Shown piece after piece: positions 58,180 through 64,000 of a stretch of DNA of 64,000 nt. Source of the stretch: Burkholderiales bacterium (lineage in GTDB: Bacteria > Pseudomonadota > Gammaproteobacteria > Burkholderiales > Burkholderiaceae_C); the NCBI GenBank assembly GCA_947377275.1, contig CANCFV010000006.1:1772-65771 (forward strand), written 5' to 3'. A model generated the notes under the pieces. The model had not been told where the DNA came from. It saw nothing but the letters and a program-made list of their open reading frames with translations, and searched no databases. The position numbers and the translations under genes are program-made. Within the stretch, counting starts at the first letter, position 1, and each line of letters opens with the position of its first letter.

Positions 58180-58319
58180 GGGCGAGGTCAGATGTTTGCA
58201 CGACTTCATTGCACCCCGTTGGATGAGGGGTAACGCGGATGGTTCCGTCCAGCGGCCGCCGGTGAAAATGGATCACCCGCACCGTCAAACGCGGGGCATT
58301 CAAAATCCTGGAGGAAATC

Positions 58320-59744
58320 ATGATGATCCGCAACATCGCGGCCGCTCTGGCCTGCTTGACGATCGGGGGCGCGCACGCCCTCAATGCCCAAGATGTGAGC
58401 AAAGTGGGCGACTACGCCGGCAGCGCCGTCGACCTCAACAACGCGGGGCAGGTGCTGCTCCGTGTCGACACCACGGGCTTTGCGGTGAGCAATCCTGTCA
58501 CGGGCGCGACGCAAACCGTGTCGCTGGACGCTGCGCTCAAAGCGCAAGGCTTCACCACCTTGACCGCGAACGACATCAACAACGTGGGTCAGGTCACAGG
58601 CTTCCTCAACGACACGACGCCCTTTTTGTGGTCGCCCGGCAAGGGCTATCAGGTGCTGCCGGTGGGCTTCGGTGGCGTCTTCGTGAACGACACCGGCGTG
58701 ACCGTGGGCCCCAAGGGCACCTGGTCAGCGGCCACGGGCGCGGTGACCTTGCCCTTCAATGGGTTTGTCAGCTCGTTCAACAACGCGGGGCAGGTGTCCA
58801 CCATCAACAGCTACATCCCCTACGTGGGCAACCCGGGCGGGACGGCCATCGTGCAGGTCTTGTCTCCCGCGGGCGCGGTGCTGTTTCAGCGGAACTACAC
58901 CCTGGAGGGCGCTTTGGGCCCCAGCCAGGCCGACCAGCAAAACACCCCTGACTCGGCCCTGCTCAATGACCAGGGGCAATTGGCCTTGGCCTATGTGGGC
59001 GTGAAGGCCTGGGGCGCCCGCACTGATTTTTACAGCAGCTTGAGCGTGCAGCCAACAGGTGAGTCCGTTGCTGCTTTGTCGCTCAACAACAAAGGCGAGC
59101 TGTTGGGGTATCCCAGCTTCAATGCCGCGTTCCCCCTTGAGTCGGCGCCTTACTTGTTCACGGGCAAAGAGCGGGCCGTGAGCTTGAACGCTGTCATGGG
59201 TTACCCGCGCGCCACGGTCATTAGCGACAAGGGGGTGATCCTCCAACCCAATGGCACCACGTACAGCCTGTATCGCTACGTGCCGGGCTCCAATGTGCAA
59301 CTGCCCGTCGGCACCGGCGCCGGTTTGCTGGCCCAGTACAGCAACACAGGCCTGTTTGGCAGCAAGGTGGTGCTGACCCGCGCCGAGAACCCCTCGTTTG
59401 ACTGGGGCAAGGGGCGCCCAGCCACGGGCGTGACCAGCGATTTCTTCTCGGTCAAATGGACCGGGCAGCTTGAAGCAGAAGAGGGCGGTGTCTACAGCCT
59501 GCGCACCGTGAGCGACGACGGCGTGCGCGTCACCGTCGATGGCAAGGTGGTGATCAACAACTGGCGCTCGCACAAAGAGGCCACCGACACCAGCGTCGAG
59601 CTGACATTCGATCGCGCCTCACGCCACACCATCATGGTCGAGTACTACGAGCTGCTGGGCAACGCCAAGCTGCAGTTGAGCTGGCAAAAGCCGGGCTCGA
59701 CCGTGTTTGAGCAGATCCCCACCACGCGCTTGTACCAGCCTTGA
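58320..59744 (+). CDS. secreted protein with HAF-like repeats and a C-terminal PA14 domain
   Basis: GGAGG RBS, signal peptide, (I/L)NNxGQ repeats, FDWGKGRP..DFFSVKWTG..SDDGVRV..EYYE..L.W. Confidence 0.8.
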   Translation: MMIRNIAAALACLTIGGAHALNAQDVSKVGDYAGSAVDLNNAGQVLLRVDTTGFAVSNPVTGATQTVSLDAALKAQGFTTLTANDINNVGQVTGFLNDTTPFLWSPGKGYQVLPVGFGGVFVNDTGVTVGPKGTWSAATGAVTLPFNGFVSSFNNAGQVSTINSYIPYVGNPGGTAIVQVLSPAGAVLFQRNYTLEGALGPSQADQQNTPDSALLNDQGQLALAYVGVKAWGARTDFYSSLSVQPTGESVAALSLNNKGELLGYPSFNAAFPLESAPYLFTGKERAVSLNAVMGYPRATVISDKGVILQPNGTTYSLYRYVPGSNVQLPVGTGAGLLAQYSNTGLFGSKVVLTRAENPSFDWGKGRPATGVTSDFFSVKWTGQLEAEEGGVYSLRTVSDDGVRVTVDGKVVINNWRSHKEATDTSVELTFDRASRHTIMVEYYELLGNAKLQLSWQKPGSTVFEQIPTTRLYQP

Positions 59745-59773
59745 GCCAGCGGCCCTTTCGGGGCCGTTTGGCT
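59744..59773. terminator. hairpin between convergent genes, possible terminator
   Basis: AGCCAGCGGCCC-TTTCG-GGGCCGTTTGGCT. Confidence 0.55.
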
Positions 59774-59783
59774 GCTCGGCCGC

Positions 59784-60749
59784 TCAGCCCAACTGCTGTG
59801 GCAGCGCGCCCGAGCGCAGGAAATCACCTGCGCTGACCCGCTTGCCGCCAGCCCGTTGCAGGGTGTGCAAGGCCAAGGCATGTTCACCACAGGCCACAAC
59901 CAAGGTGTCGCCCTGCGCGTGTAAAACGCTGCCAGGGGCGCCGCTGGCAGGCACCACGCTGGCTGCCCACAGCTTGATCACCTCGGGGCCCTTGCCTAGG
60001 TCCACCGTGAAGGTCGTGCCAGGGAAGGGGTCGAAGGCGCGCACACGGCGCGCGATCTCGGTCGCGGCTTGCGTCCAGTCGATCGCGGCTTCGGCCTTCT
60101 CGATCTTGTGCGCGTAGTTCACGCCTTCGCTGGGTTGGCGTGTGGCGCGCAGGCCGCCGCATGCGGCCAGCTCCAGGGCTTCGACCACCATGCGGGCACC
60201 CAAGCTGGCGAGCTGATCGTGCAGCAGCGCGGTGGTGTCTTGCGGGCCAATGGGGGTTCGCTCCACCAGCAACATGTCGCCCGTGTCCAGGCCGGCGTCC
60301 ATCTGCATGATGGTGATGCCGGTCTCGGCATCGCCGGCTTCAATCGCCCGGTGGATGGGCGCCGCACCACGCCAGCGCGGCAGCAGCGAGCCGTGGATGT
60401 TGAGGCAACCCAGGCGGGGCAGGCTCAAGGTCCATTGCGGCAGGATCAGGCCATACGCCGCCACCACCATCACATCGGGTGCGGCGGTTTGCAGCGCGGC
60501 TTGCGCCGCTGCGGCCTCTTCGGGGTATTTGCCGTCCAGGCGCAGGCTGTGCGGTTGCGCCACAACAATGCCGTGTGTTTGGGCCACTTGCTTAACCGGC
60601 GAGGCCTGCAGCTTCATGCCACGCCCTGCGGGCCGGTCGGGCTGGGTCAACACCAGGGGCACGTCAAAGCCAGCGGCCAAAATGGCCCGCAGCGCTTCGC
60701 TGGCAAATTCAGGCGTGCCGGCAAACGCGACCTTCAAACGCCCGCTCAT
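59784..60749 (-). CDS. fmt: methionyl-tRNA formyltransferase
   Basis: [40 protein letters not shown]. Confidence 0.97.
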   Translation of the reverse strand: MSGRLKVAFAGTPEFASEALRAILAAGFDVPLVLTQPDRPAGRGMKLQASPVKQVAQTHGIVVAQPHSLRLDGKYPEEAAAAQAALQTAAPDVMVVAAYGLILPQWTLSLPRLGCLNIHGSLLPRWRGAAPIHRAIEAGDAETGITIMQMDAGLDTGDMLLVERTPIGPQDTTALLHDQLASLGARMVVEALELAACGGLRATRQPSEGVNYAHKIEKAEAAIDWTQAATEIARRVRAFDPFPGTTFTVDLGKGPEVIKLWAASVVPASGAPGSVLHAQGDTLVVACGEHALALHTLQRAGGKRVSAGDFLRSGALPQQLG

Positions 60750-61255
60750 GCTTCCTCGTCGCGGGTGCGTTTGACCATTTTTGTTTTGATGCGGTTGCGC
60801 TTGAGTGGCGAGAGGTATTCCACAAACACCTTGCCCAGCAGGTGGTCGAGTTCGTGCTGCACGCACACGCCCAGCAATTCTTCGCCATCGAACTCGTAAA
60901 CCTCACCGTTGCGGTTTTGGGCCCGCACGCGGATTTTGGCGTGGCGCTCCACCTTGTCGTAAATGGTGGGCACCGACAAGCAGCCTTCTTCCCACACGAT
61001 CATGTCAGCGCTGGCCTGGATGATTTCGGGGTTGATCAACACGAGTGCATCGTTGCGCTCTTCGCTGGTGTCGATCACGACAATGCGTTCATGCACATTC
61101 ACCTGCGTGGCAGCCAGGCCCACGCCCTTGGCCTCGTACATGGTCTCCAGCATGTCGTCCACCAACTGGCGCACACGGGCGTCAATCTCTTTGACGGGCT
61201 TGGCCACCGTGTGCAGGCGGGCGTCTGGGTATTGGAGGATGGGCAGCAGGGCCAT
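60746..61255 (-). CDS. def: peptide deformylase
   Basis: [20 protein letters not shown]. Confidence 0.97.
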   Translation of the reverse strand: MALLPILQYPDARLHTVAKPVKEIDARVRQLVDDMLETMYEAKGVGLAATQVNVHERIVVIDTSEERNDALVLINPEIIQASADMIVWEEGCLSVPTIYDKVERHAKIRVRAQNRNGEVYEFDGEELLGVCVQHELDHLLGKVFVEYLSPLKRNRIKTKMVKRTRDEEA

Positions 61256-61462
61256 GGTCGGGAAATCAGCGAGAAGGTTGTGGAAGCTGCGCAACGTGTG
61301 CTCGCGCGAGGGGCCCGGATCGGCTGGTAACACGGGGCAATTTTCGTTGCGACCGCTCGGCTTTTGCGGGCAGAATCAAATGATCATTGACGAGATTTTG
61401 CCGAATTTGTGCCCACCGCGTCAGCCACGGGTGTCTTCGGCCGGTAATTGGAGACAGTTTTC

Positions 61463-62674
61463 ATGACCCAGCGATCGCTGACCCAAGGGCAGGCAGGCGG
61501 ACCCGTATTGAAGCGTTCAACCCGCGCCCTGAGTGTATCGGCGCTGCTGGCGCTGTCTGCGCTGGGCGGCTGGGTCAACGTGGCACACGCCGCTGAGGGC
61601 CCCAATTTCCCCATCAGCGCGCAGCAAAAGGCCACCGCGCAGCAGGTGTCCGAGGCCGGCGTGCCTTTGTCTGAGCTGTCACCCAATGCGCCCGATTCAT
61701 ACACCATCAAGCGTGGCGACACGCTGTGGGGCATCTCGGGCCTGTTCCTCAAGTCGCCTTGGCGCTGGCCAGAGCTGTGGGGCATGAACCTGCAGCAAAT
61801 CCGCAACCCGCACCTCATCTTCCCAGGCCAGTTGCTGTACCTGGACAAGAGCAATGGCCGCGCCCGCCTGCGCGTGGGCCAGCCTGTGGGTGACGGTGGC
61901 AACGGCAAGCTCAGCCCGCGTGTGCGCGAGGGCAGCCTCGAAGATGCGATCACCACGGTGCCTGTGCACCTGCTTGAGCCCTTCTTCAACGAAGCCGTCA
62001 TTTTTGACAACAGCGATGACCTGCTCCATGCGCCCCGCGTGGTGGCCACGCAAGAGGGCCGCGTGATGCTGTCGCGTGGCGAAACCGCTTACGTGCGCGG
62101 CGAGCTGGGTGGCCGCCGAGAATGGCGCCTGTTCCGCGAGCCCAAGCCCCTGCGCGACCCCACCACCCAAGAGGTGCTGGGCTACGAGGCGCAGTACGTG
62201 GGCACGCTGGCCCTGACCCGCGAGGGCGCCGAAGGCACCGGTGCCGATGGCAAGCCGGTGGTCATCCCATCGACCTTCGTGGTCAACAGCATCCGCCAGG
62301 AAGCCTCGGTGGGCGACCGCCTGGCGCCTGTGCCACCGCGTGAGTTCGACAACCTGGCCCCGCACGCGCCCAAGCAAGATGTGGCCGGTCAGATCGTGTC
62401 CATCTATGGTGACTCGCTCAGCGCGGGGCAAAGCCAGATCGTCAGCCTGAACAGGGGCACGCGAGACGGCCTGGAGCGTGGCCACGTGCTGGCCCTGTGG
62501 CGCGATGGCAAGGTGGTGCGCGACATGACCTTGCCCGACAAGCCGCAGATGAAGCTGCCCGACGAACGCCATGGCGTGCTGTTCGTGTTCCGCGTGTTCG
62601 ACCGCATGTCGTACGCGCTGATCATGAACGTGAAAGAGCCGGTCAAGCCTGGCGACCGCTTCACCCAGCCTTGA
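61463..62674 (+). CDS. LysM peptidoglycan-binding protein (TsaP-like)
   Basis: YTIKRGDTLWGISGLFLKSPWRWPELW..IRNPHLIFPG; conserved def-LysM-dprA context. Confidence 0.88.
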   Translation: MTQRSLTQGQAGGPVLKRSTRALSVSALLALSALGGWVNVAHAAEGPNFPISAQQKATAQQVSEAGVPLSELSPNAPDSYTIKRGDTLWGISGLFLKSPWRWPELWGMNLQQIRNPHLIFPGQLLYLDKSNGRARLRVGQPVGDGGNGKLSPRVREGSLEDAITTVPVHLLEPFFNEAVIFDNSDDLLHAPRVVATQEGRVMLSRGETAYVRGELGGRREWRLFREPKPLRDPTTQEVLGYEAQYVGTLALTREGAEGTGADGKPVVIPSTFVVNSIRQEASVGDRLAPVPPREFDNLAPHAPKQDVAGQIVSIYGDSLSAGQSQIVSLNRGTRDGLERGHVLALWRDGKVVRDMTLPDKPQMKLPDERHGVLFVFRVFDRMSYALIMNVKEPVKPGDRFTQP

Positions 62675-62765
62675 TGTTTTGATTGTTGCCAGACGCGGGC
62701 CAGCGAAGCCTGCGCTGGCTTCGGGTGCCGCCACCGTGTTGGCGCCCGCGTGAGAGCCACACCCC

Positions 62766-63932
62766 ATGATCGATCAGGAGGAATTGCGCGCTTGGCTGCG
62801 CCTGGTGCTGACGCCCCACGTCGGCCCACGCACCGCGCGCAAGTTGTTGGCCGCGCTGGGCTCGCCCCAGGCGGTGTTTGACGCCACGCCCGATGCCTTG
62901 GCGGCCTTGGTGTCCAAGCGCGAAGCCAAGTCTTTGCGCGAGGCTACGCCAGACTTGGCCGAGCAGCTTCAGGCCACGCTTGACTGGCTGGCTGCCGCAC
63001 CGTTGGGTGACGATGGGCAGCCCACGCGCTTCGCCTTGACGCTGGCCGATGCCCGCTACCCGGCAGCCTTGCTGCAGGCCGAAGACCCGCCCTTGATCTT
63101 GTTTGCGCAGGGCCGTTTGGCCTTGTTAGACGCCCCTGCCGTGGCCTTGGTGGGCAGCCGCAGTCCTACGCCCCAAGGGCACGACAACGCCCGCGCCTTT
63201 GCCTGCGCCTTGAGCCAGGCCGGCGTGACCGTGGTGTCTGGCTTGGCACTGGGGATCGATGGTGCGGCGCACGAAGGCGCGCTGGAGGGCCTGCCGCCGG
63301 CGCCTCGGCCGGGCCGCCCGGGCAGCACCATCGCGGTCGTGGGCACGGGCTTGGACCGCGTCTACCCCAAAAAGCACCTGGCGCTGGCGCACCGGCTGGC
63401 TCAAGACGGCCTGTTGCTGAGCGAGTTCACCCTGGGCACGCCGCCGCTGCCGGCCAATTTCCCTAAGCGCAACCGCATCGTGGCAGCGCTCTCGCGCGGC
63501 ACCTTGGTGGTCGAGGCGGCCTTGCAATCGGGCTCACTCATCACCGCGCGGCTGGCGCTGGAGTTGGGGCGCGAGGTCATGGCCATTCCTGGCTCGATCC
63601 ATTCGCCGCAATCGCGGGGCAGCCACGCGCTGATCAAGCAAGGCGCCAAGCTGGTCGAGACCGCGCAAGACGTGCTGGAAGAGCTGCACCTGGGCCAAGC
63701 GCCTTCGGTGTCGCCAAACGATGCACAAGCCAATGGCCCTGCAGACACCGCAGAAGCCCATGAAGACGCCCTGCTGGCGGCGATGGGCTACGACCCGGTC
63801 AGCCAAGAAGCCTTGTCGGCCCGCACCGGCATGGGCCCGGCCGAGCTGGGCGCGCGCTTGCTGGAGCTTGAGCTGATGGGCCAGGTGGCGCGTTTGCCTG
63901 GGCAGCTGTTCCAGCGCTCAGCGTCGGCTTGA
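62766..63932 (+). CDS. dprA: DNA processing protein DprA
   Basis: VGSR, VSGLALGIDGAAH, FPKRNRIVA, VVEAALQSGSLITA, LIKQGAKL. Confidence 0.95.
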   Translation: MIDQEELRAWLRLVLTPHVGPRTARKLLAALGSPQAVFDATPDALAALVSKREAKSLREATPDLAEQLQATLDWLAAAPLGDDGQPTRFALTLADARYPAALLQAEDPPLILFAQGRLALLDAPAVALVGSRSPTPQGHDNARAFACALSQAGVTVVSGLALGIDGAAHEGALEGLPPAPRPGRPGSTIAVVGTGLDRVYPKKHLALAHRLAQDGLLLSEFTLGTPPLPANFPKRNRIVAALSRGTLVVEAALQSGSLITARLALELGREVMAIPGSIHSPQSRGSHALIKQGAKLVETAQDVLEELHLGQAPSVSPNDAQANGPADTAEAHEDALLAAMGYDPVSQEALSARTGMGPAELGARLLELELMGQVARLPGQLFQRSASA

Positions 63933-64000
63933 GCCGAGCGGCCCCTTCGGCTTCTGACGGCGCCCATCGGTGATACAAACGCGGCGTGAGCACCTTGATC

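Noticed and set aside
61463-63932. dprA plus pili as a novel competence island
   Set aside because: fmt-def-LysM-dprA is a widely conserved housekeeping arrangement; no comEA/comEC in the window
63987-64000. Possible next gene starting at a GTG after dprA
   Set aside because: Only a few codons are inside the window, so it cannot be identified

Overview
GC-rich betaproteobacterial chromosome segment; gene order and protein style look like Burkholderiales (Comamonadaceae/Sphaerotilaceae-like), which is an inference. A housekeeping backbone (cytochrome c4, glcEF, purEK, Sua5/tsaC, dacB, tsaB-rimI-UDG, corA, hemB, hemJ, yajC-secDF, htpX, fmt-def, LysM-dprA) carries two type IV pilus modules: a pilE-fimT-pilV-pilW-pilX-pilY1 minor-pilin cluster and a 16-kb MSHA-like pilus locus. 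The MSHA locus has tandem near-identical major pilins and a 1613-aa beta-solenoid/LamG MshQ, has no mshM or mshN, and is flanked by DUF1631, a GT-C glycosyltransferase and a PAS-GGDEF-EAL gene. Most notable signals read directly from the DNA: (1) FliA/sigma-28-type promoters (TCAAG-N14-GCCGATA) in front of the MSHA major pilins and a small Lap-associated-like gene, and a weaker match in front of the c-di-GMP enzyme, suggesting a flagellar-sigma and c-di-GMP coupled adhesion system; (2) an unannotated four-hairpin small RNA with an anti-Shine-Dalgarno loop between hemB and hemJ; (3) an epoxide-hydrolase/3-mercaptopyruvate-sulfurtransferase fusion next to a WCGPC thioredoxin-TPR gene; (4) DacA and SGNH proteins with altered catalytic motifs; (5) several apparently leaderless genes. 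No rRNA, tRNA, CRISPR, integrase or transposase was seen. No database searches were run, so all family calls come from motif recognition.
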